64,000 nt of DNA. It comes from the human T2T-CHM13v2.0 reference genome, Homo sapiens. The stretch lies in assembly GCF_009914755.1 (NCBI RefSeq), contig NC_060929.1; one strand, 5' to 3'. Of this stretch, positions 48,761-63,443 are shown one piece after another. The notes under the pieces are model-generated. The model was not told the origin of the DNA. It worked only from the letters and a program-made list of their open reading frames with translations, and did no database searches. A program made the position numbers and the translations under genes. Positions within the stretch are counted from its first letter, which is position 1; every line of letters starts with the position of its first letter.

Positions 48761-48899
48761 ATGCTTTAATTTAAAGCTGGCTTAGACTTCCATGTACACA
48801 CAATGAATTCATCACAAGTTATCTCTTCTCTCTTCAAAATTTCACTAGAATGACAATAAAAGCATGTAAAAGTATTGAATGATAAGATCAAGCCAAATG

Positions 48900-49690
48900 G
48901 GAGAAGGCAAAAGCAGATGAGAGATTTCAGCAATGAAGATGGAGAGAAAAGTGGTTAGTTTGAGGATATGAAGGCTATAGTGAACTTGATAAAATTTAGA
49001 AACTGGATATGGGAGGAGACAAAGGGATCACAAAGAAAATAAGAATTGGTGTTGGTGCTGCTATTCACTGCCTCTGAGAAAATAAGAAGAGTAGGTAGAA
49101 AAACAATAGGTAAAAATGGATCCAGTTTTGTACATTTAACCTAAGACTTGTGAGGTGTCCAGTAGGGTGCTGGATACACAGAGCTGCCTTCAGGAGACAG
49201 ATCTAGGAATCATCTGCATGTGAGTGAGGCTGAAACTAGGGGAGGACATGTGGTCATGTTGAGAGATTTGCCCAGCGATCAGAAGCCAGGGGATGGAATG
49301 CTGGGGAACATCAGCATGTAAGAAGCAGTGGAGGAAGAGTGATCCACAGAGGAGGCCCACGATAAGTAACTAGACAATTGAATGTGGGGCCAAAGAAGCT
49401 ATGAAGGAGGGAAATAGAGAAGTGAGGACCAAATGTAGTACCAAAGAAGTAGTCCTGTAAAAAGCAGTTATTGTTCAGTGATTGTGATGGGTGTAGGGTG
49501 AGAAGCCAGATTCCAGGTCTAGAGGAGTAAGGAAAAAATGGGAGGTTAGACACAGACAGTGTTTTCAAGAAGCCTGGCTGTCACTAGAGAAATGAGAGAT
49601 GTGAGTGGCAACTTGGGGGCATTAAGCTGACATTAGACTTCTGGTTTCGTCTCTTTAATATAAGAGAGAGTTAGTATGCTGAAGTAAAAT
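48900..49690 (-). mobile_element. L2 remnant
   Basis: gtgctggatacacagagctg...ggaatcatctgcatg...gaagccagattccagg. Confidence 0.65.
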
Positions 49691-50175
49691 TATATGCACC
49701 ATGATGTAAACTGATACTCTACAAAACTGGTTGTCTAAATAAATTATACAGCTTTCAGATGATCGATCACTTTCAACAAGATAGCAAAACCTGGCATATC
49801 TAATTTTTTGCTCTTAATTTTTCTTCTATTTTATAATTATCTAAGACCTAACATAAAAGCACAGATTTAAAATGCCAAGCTAATTTTAAACATTCGTGGG
49901 AGGATGAGGCCAAAAAACCCAAACAAACCCTAAAATACAGAAACATCTTCACTGAGACTGGGTTCATGAAGACATCTTAAAACTGAGCAGCATAATTTCA
50001 TAGCCAAATCAAATAAGCATTCACTTTCTTGATAAATTAGATGTAATTTCAACTATCATAAGAAAGTAGCCAGAAAGTAATATTTACTGTAAGCTGCTGT
50101 GTCCTACTCAATTAGCAGCATCCTAGTGATCTGAAGGACTGCAGTCTTCGGACGGGCTTACCACTTGATATAGAG

Positions 50176-50327
50176 CATTCATTCATTCATTCATTCATTT
50201 TGTATTTTTAGTAGAGACGGGGTTTGACCATGTCGGCCAGGCTGGTCTCGAACTATTGACCTTGTGATCCACCCGCCTCAGCCTCCCAAAGTGCTGGGAT
50301 TACAGGCGTGAGCCACCGCTCCCGGCC
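50176..50327 (-). mobile_element. Alu left arm with (CATT)n tail
   Basis: AluS-type left arm; TSD gatatagagcat / gatatagggcat. Confidence 0.9.
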
Positions 50328-50392
50328 CGATATAGGGCATTTAAACACATTTTTTGTTACCTGGGCACATCTTATATCTTTTAAAATACGCA

Positions 50393-50704
50393 GGCTGGGC
50401 ACGGTGACTCACGCCTGTAATCCTCGCACTCTGAGGTGGGTGGATCACCTGAGGTCGGGAGTTCGAGACCAGCCTGGACAACATGGTGAAACCCCGTCTC
50501 TACTAAAAAATACAAAAAATTAGCCAGGCATGGTGGCAGGTGCCTGTAATCTCAGCTACTCAGGAGGCTGAGGCAGGAGAATTGTTTGAGAATTGCTAGG
50601 TGGAGGTTGCAGTGAGCCGAGATCGCGCCACTACACTCCAACCTGGGTGACAGAGCGAGATTCCATCTCAAAAAACAAACAAACAAACAACAACAAGAAG
50701 AAAA
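50393..50704 (+). mobile_element. AluS
   Basis: Full-length with small indels. Confidence 0.93.
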
Positions 50705-51983
50705 GGCACATACATGCTAGTGTCTTTAGTAACTATATATTTACATAATAGGCATGCTTTGTCCACCATAGCATATTTTTTAAAAACTGAAATACTTGCA
50801 AAAGTACTATTAGGTATTCAACAATTTGAATTCCCTAGTTAGGAAGATGGGGCCAAATAGTATCATACTTTTTTTCTTTTTGGTAACTATTCATGGCAGA
50901 ACTTCAACTACTTTCCTCTTAATGTGGTGTTCTGTGCAGTTAGTTTTTCTTTTTGTGTCTATCTTAGAAAGATGGATTCTCAAAAATTAAAAACATGTGA
51001 CAACAGTGACTTCAGCACATTTTGCCAGGAGCAAAATGCAGAGTGAACAAAGAGAAAGATTAAATAATTTAGAAACACGTTCTGGTGAATGAGAGAGAAT
51101 TATCAAACAGATAAAAGCAGGTCTGTTCCTATTTTCAGTCATCTTTTCGATGCTTAATATTTTTAAAAAATCTATTTCTGCTTTATGATCTCAACAAAAC
51201 CCACTACAAAGCATGCAATGGGATAGTGATCTCTGAATTTTGTGAGTTGACAATTTTCCTCAAGTGCCTAGAATATTCTGGAATAAGAAGGTTACAAAAA
51301 CTTTCTTTGTTTCAATAATAAAAATGTAAGTGGCTAAAACTCTTTATTGGTAAAAAAAAGAAAAAAAAATCCCATGTTTGAGAAGTTGTGACAGGAACGT
51401 GAGCTGGGACACTTAAAATACCATAAATTAAGATAAACTTTGCATTTACTGCATGAGCATATGTAAATGAAAATGTGGTTTAACTCTCTTGGCATACTGT
51501 AAAGGTGATTGCATGCTGGATAAAAGGGAGAACCTTGGAAGAAGTAAGTCCAAAGTGTGATGCATGTACAAGTATGCATCTAGTTTAATATCTCACAGGC
51601 TTCATAGATGAAGTTTGAGAGGAAACTCCCCCCAAATGATATCAAATGTGGCTGCAAAAAAATTTGAAATTAATTTCCATTTTTTACTTGAAAAAAGATA
51701 AAAGATAGCCAATGAAAACAGAAAATAAAAACTATGAAACATAATTTGATGAGTTTGGTGCATAATAGCTATTGAATGGTTTCAATAATTATTTTTTGAA
51801 TGGTGTACTGGTCTTCCGGTTGTGCCAACTCCAGGAGGGTACAAAAAAGTCCATAAAATATCACTCAGCTTCTACCATACATTTGAAACCAAAATCATGT
51901 TTTCTTTGAATAAAGCTTAAACAAAGTTCCAGGTATTTCAATAGCTTACTTCTCTTCCATTCTCTCATCCTAAACACTATAGC

Positions 51984-52042
51984 AGAGAGTGAGAATGAGT
52001 GAGAAAGAGAGAGAGAGAGGGAGAGAGAGAGAGCGAGAGAGA
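51984..52042. repeat. Imperfect (GA)n
   Basis: gagagagagagagagggagagagagagagcgagaga. Confidence 0.9.
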
Positions 52043-53439
52043 ACTCCGTTTTTATTTGTTGATATTTGGTCCTCAAAACTCTGGAATCCATTCTTAATGA
52101 CACAGTTGCTTGGTTTTACCTTCTTGCCCTGAACTACTCATCAAATGTTATTAACAGTTACAGAGACAACTCAACGCAACAGATGATTTTGTGTAGATAG
52201 GCTGGAGGACAAGTTGACTCATTGGGCCCTGAAAGTTTTCCATCCCACCTTGGGCAGTTTACTGTACAGCTTGCCAAACTTTAAAGTTATTATAACTAGT
52301 TTCACACAGATGCCAGACAAAACAGACAAGGGATTAATTGGAATGATCACAAATGCATTCCTTCTGAATAAATGAAAACACACTGGCTAGTGCCAAGAGA
52401 CATTTAAAATAGAAAACCTGAAACTAATCAATCAGATCAAGTTTAGCTCTTTTTGATGTTATAGTTGGGAGACATTTCACTTTATAAATAATAGAAAAAT
52501 ACCTAGGGAGGAAAAAAGAGAGAGAAAAGTTTGATAGCATTAAGAAGGAATTTTTGCACTATCAAAGAGAAGTGCCTAAGGAGTCAGTATCTTCTGTGGC
52601 TGGCATTTAAAAAAAAATTATAAATGTTAAAAGTAATAAATGATAAGAGTTATAAGTCTTCAAGAAAAAAGTGAAGACTCAAACTATTGGCTCGATTTTT
52701 AAATTATAACATTGAACAAATCAAAGTTAAAGTATAAAAGCCCAGAACAATACTGGGAGATGAGGGCTGTGGTCAGATGTTAGACAGACTATCCAAACAG
52801 CTGGAAAAGATGTTGATTCTCCTTGGGAAATTTGTAATGTATTTGACTCATGTTTTCATGGAGCTGTGGATTGTCCTAGGGGGTTTGAAAGAGAGAAAAC
52901 TTGCCAAGAACTTTATCTGGAAAATGATAGTATTTTACCAGTTTTCCAATTAGACAACAAAAGCATTTAAAGAATAATAACAAAAATACTCAGAAGTGAC
53001 CAATGCTATCTCTGTAGCACTAACGTTCAGGTTATATGACTAGAAATTATTGAGTACATTATCCTCATTCATTTATACACAGCTATTTCTTAAAAAGGCA
53101 TCCACACACAAACACCACATGAAGTGATTAAAAAAAAAGAAGAGCCTTTCATTACTTGAGTTGGATGATATGTTAAATTTCATATTTGGTGCACACACAT
53201 CCTAAACAACATGCTCAATAACAAGTCTCCTTATGCATGCCTTGGCATACCTACAGCTAGTATCTGATGCTGAGAGGCCAGAAAGGGAAGATTTGGTAAC
53301 TGAATTCTTGCTGATGTGATGCAATTTTTTAGCTCTAAACAGCCCTTGCATATGCTTTGCTGAATTTCTTAAAGGTTTTTAATTGTTTGCTTCTCAACAA
53401 TTGCAATGTTCATTTTCCCAAATAAGCCTAAAAGATGGA

Positions 53440-53690
53440 TTAGGAATCATCTATTATGCATACTGAAATATTTATGGATGAAATAGCATGGTATTTGGGA
53501 TTGGCTTAAAAATAACCCAGTGTGGAATAGGAAGTATGTGTGAATATAGATTTAAAAAGATTATCCGTAAGTTTTTGACTGTTGAACTGGTAATGGATAT
53601 ATGGGGTTCATTATACTATTCTCTCAACTTTTGTAAAGGCTTAGAATTTCCTAATAAATTTGGAAAGAGTTAAAAGAAAAAAGTGGAAAT
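53440..53690 (+). mobile_element. L1MC/ME-type 3' end fragment
   Basis: atgcatactgaaatatttatggatgaaat...gggattggcttaaaaataaccc...ggggttcattatactattctc. Confidence 0.75.
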
Positions 53691-53889
53691 TAAACAAAAA
53701 AAACCCCTCTTGGATCATAAATGTAAATAATTAGGCAAAGCAAACGTTCTTCATACTTTCAAATTTCCCAGATGATTAATCACCTGCCCGCATTGATAGT
53801 CATTTTTCCTCCCTAAAAAAATACAATTCCCTTATTTTGGATCATATTTTCAATACCACAATTATTTTCATTATTTTAGTTTGTTCCCC

Positions 53890-54075
53890 AGTAGCACAGT
53901 ATATTATAGTAGAAGATATGCTGGACTTTGACTCAGAAAACTTGGTTTTTAAAATTCAAGTAGTGCTATTTGTTAACCTTATTACCTCGAACAAGTCATT
54001 TAATCTTTCCGGGTCTTAGTACAGATATCTCCTATGCTTGCTTTACAAAGCAAATATTAGGTTGCACCAGGTAAC
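53890..54075 (+). mobile_element. MIR relic
   Basis: gctggactttgactcagaaaacttggttt...aacaagtcatttaatcttt. Confidence 0.55.
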
Positions 54076-54731
54076 ATTTGTTTTTTTTTTTGTACGTCAA
54101 AAACAGTTGAATTGTGTCAGTTTCACATGTGTCCAAACTAATATAAAACATTATAATTATGACTTTCTTCTAGAGACTTTAGAGCCAGAAATCACTGTCT
54201 TATTATTATACAGGTTTACCGAGATCACCGGTCAAGGCATTTTCTGTGGAACATAAAATATGAACCTGTTTAAACAGTTAAATCACAAATGAGAATTAGT
54301 CTCACCCTCCAATATCGGTATTGTACTGAGATTTCAACGTCAAGGAGTATATAGGAATAAAATCTATCTGATGGTCTGTCTCTTGCCTTCTGTTACGTAC
54401 TGGAAGTGATTTCAAGTTTAATACTAGCAGAGTTTCCTTATTTTCATGTTTGCAATGACCTAAAGATACTTGAAGATAAATTTCTAAAAATATTAATTAC
54501 TTTTTACTCTATCATATCCAGCTTGTTTGTGCAACTGTGATGTTACTTGGAGCAACTGCTATAGAAAAAGCATGAGTGCACTAAATAAATATTATTTACT
54601 AGTGATGACAATGGCAGTGATGGCTAAGGAACTGCAATTTATAAAGCACAGCCGAGTATGAGAAATCGAAGCATAAAGGTCCAAGAAATAAACAGAGAAT
54701 GGAAATTTACAGCAGATATAAACTTGATTTA

Positions 54732-55293
<562 letters not shown>

Positions 55294-57584
55294 TACACAG
55301 ACTTAACTGAGGTTAAATGATGTTTTAGTTTCTGTGAGCGGGCAATTTTAAAAGGTATAAGCTGAAATGATACAGTCATTTATCATATGCATAAATAATG
55401 CTATTTTCAACGATTTTTCCCTTTTGTATATGTGGGCATATAATAAAGTCTTTAAAATTTTATGTTGACTTTGAGTAAGGCCCTGTCATTAAAAAAAAAC
55501 AGAAAAAAAGAAGACAAGAGACTAATAACAGAGTTTTGGGTTTGTGGTCTGTCTGGGAAACTGATTCCACATAAATAACATTGCATACAAGCTAGACTCT
55601 GTTTTCCCACAGAAACAAATCCCATGTTAACTTTTCAACTGATTTTTAAATTGGGTACAGCCTACCCTTTAGCAAGCTACTGTCATGTACCCACCTCTTG
55701 GCAAGTTGCCTTAGACCTGGATCACACTTACCAGGTTGATCTGGCTGGAGAAGAAAGTGAGCACAGGCAGTGCCTGGGCAGCTAAGTGGTTGTAAGTGCC
55801 TGGGAGTGTCAATTAAGTCTCCTTTACTTGTGACTTAATCTGAAAAATGTCATTTTTATGAGGTTACTAGGTGATTTTTTTTCCTCCTCAATAATCTGCC
55901 CTTAAATGTAATCTATAAAACACGCCCTGCCCCTTTAAGGAATTTCTGCCATATATTGGTAGACATTAATTATTTTAAAAGCAAACAGAAGTTTCTCTGC
56001 GCTCACTGTTTTCTGCTTGGAAACCATGTATCTGTGAGCAGAGATCAAAAGCATAGATATTGGAAATAATGGCAGAATTCTAAAGGTCACTATATTAGGT
56101 ACTTTCAGCCTATCTTCTTGTCTAACATCATTTGTGTATTTCAATCACTTGACAAATATTTAATAAACATGACATTGTTCTAATAGTTAACAAAATAAAG
56201 AACAAAAACTATGTCCTTATAGATCTTAAATGTCCAATTTATTAATGGATTAATGACAACCTCTGCTTTGCTGCACACAGAATTTGAGGCAACTCTAATT
56301 CTAGAATTAATTAAAATCTGGTTGAATCTTGAGAGAGCCCTTGATAATCATAGGTGATGTATCCAAGACCTAGGAGAGAAAACTGATCTTCTGGCTTCTT
56401 TACTGAACTTCTCCATTCTACTTTCTGTCTGTGAGGTGGTAATCAGTTATAAGGAGGTGAGCGGCAACAGTATAAAAAGTCTTCTGGTTATGTGTACCTC
56501 AGGGAGATGTAAACAAAGGTGCTGTGAAGGAGGCATGAGGGGAACCCTGGTATATGAGCAGGACTGACAGCAGTGGTTGTGTGGGCCTGATTACCAGGAA
56601 ACCAACATCCTCTACTCCAGCCTGAAAATCTAACCTTTTTTTTCCTTACTCCTACAACCTCAGTCTTTCCTCCTTCCCATTCTAAGTATTTCCATCTTTT
56701 TCTCTAAACTTTCTCCCATATCAATTTGTAAGAGAAAAACAAGAAATAGGTGGGCAGAAATGATGTCTGAGGGATCCCCCAGCAGCTTCCAATTAGCTAT
56801 GTCACTAAGAACACCTCCAGTCACAGCAAGCTGGGACTTGATTTGGTGACTGTCCATTGCTGGAAATATCTCAGTTTCATTAATCTAAGCACTGTATTCA
56901 AAGAGAGCTTGCCTACAAAGCACTTGCAAAGGGTCCTCCCTGTTACACTACTCCTCTAAGAAGTTCTCAAGGATCTTGGCCTTTACGGGCACCCTAAATC
57001 CTTGGTTAGTGTTTCACATGGACATGATGTAGGGCAGTAAGCAGCAGCATGCAAAGGACTGTGAAATGTTCAGATCTAATTCTGTTCCCTCTCTTGGCAA
57101 TACTTGCTGACTTTATTTGACATTGGAAAGATACTAGGAGCATCTAGGCCCATGGGGCGTGGCAATGCCAAGGGTCCTATTGAGAAAGAATCTGAAACTG
57201 AAGAAATTAAAAGAAAAAAGTGTCATATGATTCTTCTGGGGAAGGACCAAAGCCAGTTGAGACACAACCATCCACAAGGCTTGCAGGTGGGTGAGTGAGT
57301 AGAACATGTTGACCTGACCTGACTAAGGCTGCTGATAGGTCTAGGAACATCAGTACAGCTGCTTGGCCAGGGTCCCTGGCTCTGCCTACGTCATCTGGGT
57401 GTGTAGCTATAATAACAAAAATGGCAAAAAGGATATTAAGTGGCCATACCTTTCTATCAAGGAAAGCTACCCGCTGTCACAGACTCATGATACCTTTAGG
57501 ATTGAAGATTCGCACATCCTGGATTTAGCCTGTGTGCCATCAATGTTCTGTTTATTGGAAGGAAAGAAATTGATTTCCTGTTTC

Positions 57585-58380
57585 CTTAGTTCATTCATCT
57601 ATTAATAAACATTTTTTAGGCACCCTCCAGGTCCCAGATACTATGCTATGCAGGCAGCAAAAACACAAATAAGACATAATCCCTGCACTGAGGGTCTACT
57701 GGGGTAGTGTAGCAGGGGTGATAGGCAACCACACGAGTACCAAAATAGCTGAGTAAGTGGCATGTCAAAAATGCACTAGGGCTGAGTCTAGAGTAGAAAG
57801 GAAGTACATGCAGGTAGGAGGAATAATATTTGCACATGCTCCAAGAACAGGGTAGTGACACCACCCATTTAGGAAACTACAACATTTCACTGGGATGTCA
57901 CATGAGCCAGAGTGGCTGGAAATAAGTGATGAGGGGCTTCTATGCATAGAGCGTCTTCTATGCTGTGCCAAAGAACTTGAACTTTTATACTAATGGATAT
58001 GGGGAGCCACTTAACTTTAAGCAGGGGACTGAGATGAGTAGATTTCCAGCACAGAAAAAAATAACTTGGGCAAATGTGGAGGGGCAAGGCTGGCAAGCAG
58101 CCCCAAACCGTAGTCTAGAAGATTGCCCCAAGTGACTACTCGATGGAGGCATCATTCACTGATATGGGACAAACAGGAAGAGAAATGCATTTGAGAGAAG
58201 ATGAGCTCAATTTTTGGCATGTCGAGCTTGAGGTCGTGGTGCTGGTGGTTCAGAAATGTCCGTTTCTAGAAGGAAAGTTCTATACATAGATCAAGGGAGG
58301 CAGGTGTAGGGAGCTGGCAGTATGTGAGTATCGCTTAGTCCTGAAGAAGACGGACAGCCCCTTCAAAGGATGGTATTTTT
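57585..58380 (-). mobile_element. L2 (3' end at left)
   Basis: ttcattcatctattaataaacattttttaggcacc...aagacataatccctgc; aagatgagctcaatttttggcatgtcgagcttgagg. Confidence 0.7.
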
Positions 58381-58596
58381 GAACAGTAACGAACTTCATG
58401 GATTTTTCTGTTGGAGCATTTATACCCAGTAGTGATTTGTCTCTGGACTACAGTTGTATTTCATTTGTTCTTGTTTTTATAACAAACATAAATTAATTAC
58501 CAAGAGACTAACAAAATAGTTTTGTTAACTTTTATCTCCAAATTATAATGTGAAAACTAGGAAATTCAAGGCATAGGTTAGAAAAATATCCCACTA

Positions 58597-58895
58597 GGCA
58601 AGGTGCGGTGGCTCACGCCTGTAATCCCAGCACTTTGGGAGGCCGAGGCGGGCGGATCACAAGGTCAGGAGATCAAGACCATCCTGATAACATGGTGAAA
58701 CCCCATCTCTACTAAAAATACAAAAAATTAGCCGGGCGTGGTGGCGGGCGCCTGTAGTCCCAGCTACTCGGAGGCTGAGGCAGGAGAATGGCGTGAACCC
58801 GGGAGGCGGAGCTTGCGTGAGCCGAGATCGCGCCACTGCACTCCAGCCTGAGCAACAGAGTGAGACTCCGCCTCAAAAAAAAAAAAAAAAAAAAA
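58597..58895 (+). mobile_element. AluY
   Basis: CpG-rich, gaatggcgtgaacccgggaggcggagcttgc; TSD tcccacta. Confidence 0.95.
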
Positions 58896-60022
58896 ATTCC
58901 CACTAATAGTGTTTTGTTTTGTTTTAATGTAGCACAGTAGTCTTTTACATAGTAATTTTTCCCACTTGAGGAACTAAAAGGCTGTCAGTAATAACTTCAC
59001 TTCTTAGATGATTCCTGTTTAATCTGTAAGTTTTCCCATCAAATCTGTGTCATGAATACCTGGTCTGAGTTTTTATGGAATATAGATCAATATTACTTCA
59101 GAATTTAAGTCCATGCAATTTTGCCAGAACAAACTAAGGCAAGTGATTGACCCTGCTGATAGAAGATATCATATTTTGAAAGATACCAGCACAAAATGTA
59201 AGTATTTCAAACCAAGCTCTTTGATGATGAAATTAGAGCAGAAAAGTCTTATCAAGTCTCTGGAAACAAGGTCTGAGAACAATGAATTCAAGTCAGGAGA
59301 ATCTGGTGCTCTCTATGCAGTGCTTCCACTGGTACCCTGTATGACCTTGGGCAAGTCCCCCGGTCCTCTGCCCCCCCGCCCCAACAACTTTTCCTCCTTT
59401 CTATCACTGTGGAGTTTTATAAAGTATTTTATGTTCTTTAGATGAAAGATACAAAGTGCACCACTTAAATGGAAGGTCTGAGGCTTTTCGCCTATAATAG
59501 GAGGAAAGACTCATTAGCACAAAACCATCTAAGAGACAAAAACTTTATTTAGTGGTTTTAGTCTCCAGCTAACACCTAAATCCAAAAAGGTCTAGGTCAT
59601 GTGTTCCCAAACATTTCAATGTAAAGAAAGGGGGAAAAAAAGGAACCTAGGGAAGAATCGAATCCTACAAGTGGTATATTGCTTAGTATCTGTAGCCTGA
59701 GAAAATATACAATGCTTTAAGTCACTGCCAGTTCAGGAATGTTTATGGGTAAATTTGTATTTTTAATAATCACATGGTATTCACATATATTTTCATCTAT
59801 ATTTGAAATAGTGGTATCTGTATGTATGGGACATAACTCCTCAGTCACAGGCAACCACTTGGTTTGCAATGAGAATAAGAGACTCCTGACATCAAATCTT
59901 AATGCCCACCCTAATGTTCTAAAGACTGAATGTTGAAATCTCTCCTTAGCTTCCCCGAAACTTGTTTTACTATCTACTCCCAGAGTCATCCATTTGTCAC
60001 AGCAACTAAAAGAAATATCACA

Positions 60023-60182
60023 GGGCAAGCATGATGGCTCAACACCTATAGTCCTAGAACTTTGGGAGGCCAAGATGGGAGAATCACTTGAGGCCAGGAG
60101 TTCGAGACCAGCCTGAGCAACACAGGGAGACCCTGTCTCTACAAAAAAAAAAAAAAAAAAAAAAAAAAGAAAAGAAAGAAAT
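60023..60182 (+). mobile_element. FLAM / Alu left monomer
   Basis: Monomer plus long poly-A; TSD aaaagaaatatcaca / aaaagaagcatcaca. Confidence 0.9.
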
Positions 60183-60767
60183 AAAAGAAGCATCACAGCA
60201 GGCAAGAGGTATGCTAAAGTCCAGTATTCTGAGAAACGTTCATATAAGAATATATATATACACACACATATATATTTTATAGAAAGTAACAAAGTACCTC
60301 AAGATCCAACTTTTGTAAAAGGCCACTTAAATAGTGGAAGGAGAAGCACAACCAATTGAGGTTAAGTTTCTATACTTTTCACAAAGGGAATGAGAAAAGT
60401 GTATTTATACAATATATTGAAAATCTCCTTTGTAAATACAATGTTGTATAAAATATAAAGCATTATCATACAGTAAGTGGTTCAAATTTGTAAGGGTAGA
60501 ATATTAACTTCCAGAACCACACAGACATGGCTACATTAAGAGACTTTGTGTCTTTATCAAGGGAGTCAGTATTCTCATTTTACTCTGTGGGTCAGGTTAC
60601 TCCTGAGCGCTACCTGTTCTGAGTCTATGCTTTCAGAACAGCACATCTAGAAGTGAGTGAACCTGCTCTGTCAACAGGGGAAGCAAACACAGATTATTAT
60701 ACGTTACAATACCTACCATCTATTGATCACTTCTTAGGTACCTGGTCTTTATATATATATTTCATTA

Positions 60768-61105
<338 letters not shown>

Positions 61106-61352
61106 TCTCATACTATAGCAACCTCTTTTAATCCCTATTTTTAGCAGAGGTGCCAGAAGCAGTCATAGGGCTGGAGACAATTCTGGCTGGCCTGATTCTA
61201 AAGCCCCACTCCTTCACTATACCAACATGTCCTCCCATTAAGTGACTGACACATAAAACTGGGGGAATTTTCCCCAGCAAGAGATGCCAAAATAATTTGT
61301 TTAGCATCTGCTTGGCAACTCTGCCTCAGTCACAGTTGAAAGTCTTTAAAGT

Positions 61353-61356
<4 letters not shown>

Positions 61357-61393
<37 letters not shown>

Positions 61394-61515
61394 TTCGTAG
61401 AGATGGGGTTTCACCATGTTGGCCAAACTGGTCTCAAACTCTTGGCCTCAAGTAATCCACCTGACTTGGCCTCCCAAAGTGCTGGGATTACAGGCGTGAG
61501 CCACTGAACCTGGCC
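61357..61515 (-). mobile_element. Alu left arm with (TG)n tail
   Basis: About 16 TG units, then a reverse left arm; TSD taaagtctt. Confidence 0.9.
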
Positions 61516-61779
61516 TAAAGTCTTGACTCTAGTTTCTTTCTTCAACTACTATTTTGAACATACAGTTTATTTATTCCTTTGAGTGCTATTGATTTCATTG
61601 GCTAATAAACCTATGATTCCTAAATTATACTTTTTGCATTTCCTTATGTATCTTCTCCAACACCTATTTTGCAAAAATACCAAAGCAACTCAAAGACATA
61701 CTTCATTATCTCTATCTTCCATTTTCCCATTTCTTAGTACTAGTTTGAAAAGCAATCTGCAGTCATTCTTTTAAGTAGC

Positions 61780-62000
61780 ATCAAAGCAGTGCCAGCATTG
61801 TGCTAAACACTTAATTTGCATTACCTTTTTTGATTCTTTATGATTAAGGTATTAAATTGGTGTTAGGTCTCCATTTCATAGATGAGGAAAGAGTTCACAC
61901 ACAGCCAACAAGTGGCAAACATAAAATTTACACAGAGGTCTGATGGATGCTTAAGCCCTGACTTTAGGCCCCAATTTTAAGCACTAAACTATACCTACCC
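61780..62000 (-). mobile_element. MIR
   Basis: gtgccagcattgtgctaaacact...ctccatttcatagatgaggaaa. Confidence 0.7.
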
Positions 62001-62344
62001 AGAATACAAACACAGTTTTTTCTTGTCAGAAGACACTAATCGTTAAATTACAGGAGGTGGATGGAGACATGTGAGAAATTATCAGAATTTAGTTCTCTAT
62101 ACCTGCTTAACTCCATTTGTTCACTTTAATTTACTTTTAATCCCACAGAGCTAAGAACTGAGGACTGTGAGTTATTCAAAAAACCCTCAGATTTAAGAGG
62201 AAAGCAGTAACAAGGGGCTAAGATTACAGCATTGAATCTTATTTCCTCAAATGAAGATAGTTCATCTCAAATGTTTAAGGAAAAGAAAACTCCAAATCAG
62301 AGCACCTCACTAATACACCCAAAGGCTTCTCTCAAACTGCCCTG

Positions 62345-62517
62345 TAGCGAGGCATGGTGGTTCATTCTTGCAGTCCCAGCTACTTGGGAGGCTGAGGCCG
62401 TAGGGTCACCTGAGCCCAGGAGTTCAAGGCTGCAGTGAGCTATAATCCTGCTACTGCACTCCAGCCTGGGTGACAGAGTGAGACCCAGTTTCAAAAAAAC
62501 AAAGCAACACAATAAAA
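62345..62517 (+). mobile_element. FRAM / AluJ right arm
   Basis: Right monomer only; TSD aaactgccctg. Confidence 0.88.
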
Positions 62518-63126
62518 AAACTGCCCTGCCCCCTTTGCCAGAGGGAATTACTGAAGGAACCCGACTGCACAGGGGAGTGGTCTAGATTCAAACATACTTC
62601 AGTTACTTCAGAACGAACCCCGGTTTAGTCACAGTGGCAGAGGAGAATCTTATATTTCAAGAAACTGAAGATATAATAACTAGATCCAGAAAAAAAAATC
62701 CTACAGAATTTCCTAATCATTATTATTTATTTTTAAACAGGGTAGTGAAAAATGATAAAATAAATATTAGTAAACATCAATTAAAGAATATGTGAGAATG
62801 GTATTAATTATTGCCTTAGGACAGTCATCCTTTGGTTTTATTAAATTTTATCCCAGTGCAATGCTGGATATAGGGTAAGCCAGAAGGCACCCTGAGGGTC
62901 AGTCATCGAATAAGAGTGAGAAAGAGTGGAAACTCTAGTGCCTGAGTCTTTCTGGGAGCACACAGGATTCAGAGAACACAGTCTGCAAGCAACTGATACT
63001 CTGTGAGCAGTGGTGCATATATTTCAGTACAATTCTCATAAAAATAATCACTTAAAAGGATTCCTAATTTAAAAACTCGAAAAACATTAATTTGTGATAT
63101 CTGCAAGAACTCTTGAAAGAAATCAT

Positions 63127-63443
63127 GCGGGGCGCAGTAGCTCACTCCTATAATCCCAGGACTTTGGGAGGCTGAGGCAGGCGGATCACCTGAAGTTGGG
63201 AGTTTGAGACCAGCCTGACCAACATGGAGAAACCCCATCTCTATTAAAAATACAAAAAAAATCAGCCAGGCATGGTGGTGCATGCCCATAATCCCAGTTA
63301 CTCAGGAGGCTGAGGTAGGAGAATTGCTTTGAATCCAGCAGGCAGAGGTTTTGGTGAGCTGATATCAGGCCATTGCACTCCAGACTGGGCAACAAGAGTG
63401 AAACTCTGTCTCAAAAAAAAAAAAAAAAGAAAAGAAAAAAGAA
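63127..63443 (+). mobile_element. AluSp-like
   Basis: cctgaccaacatggagaaacc diagnostic; poly-A. Confidence 0.93.

Noticed and set aside
59717-60292. 191-aa minus-strand ORF
   Set aside because: The N-terminal half is poly-T/FLAM-derived; the remainder has no recognisable domain or coding-like composition.
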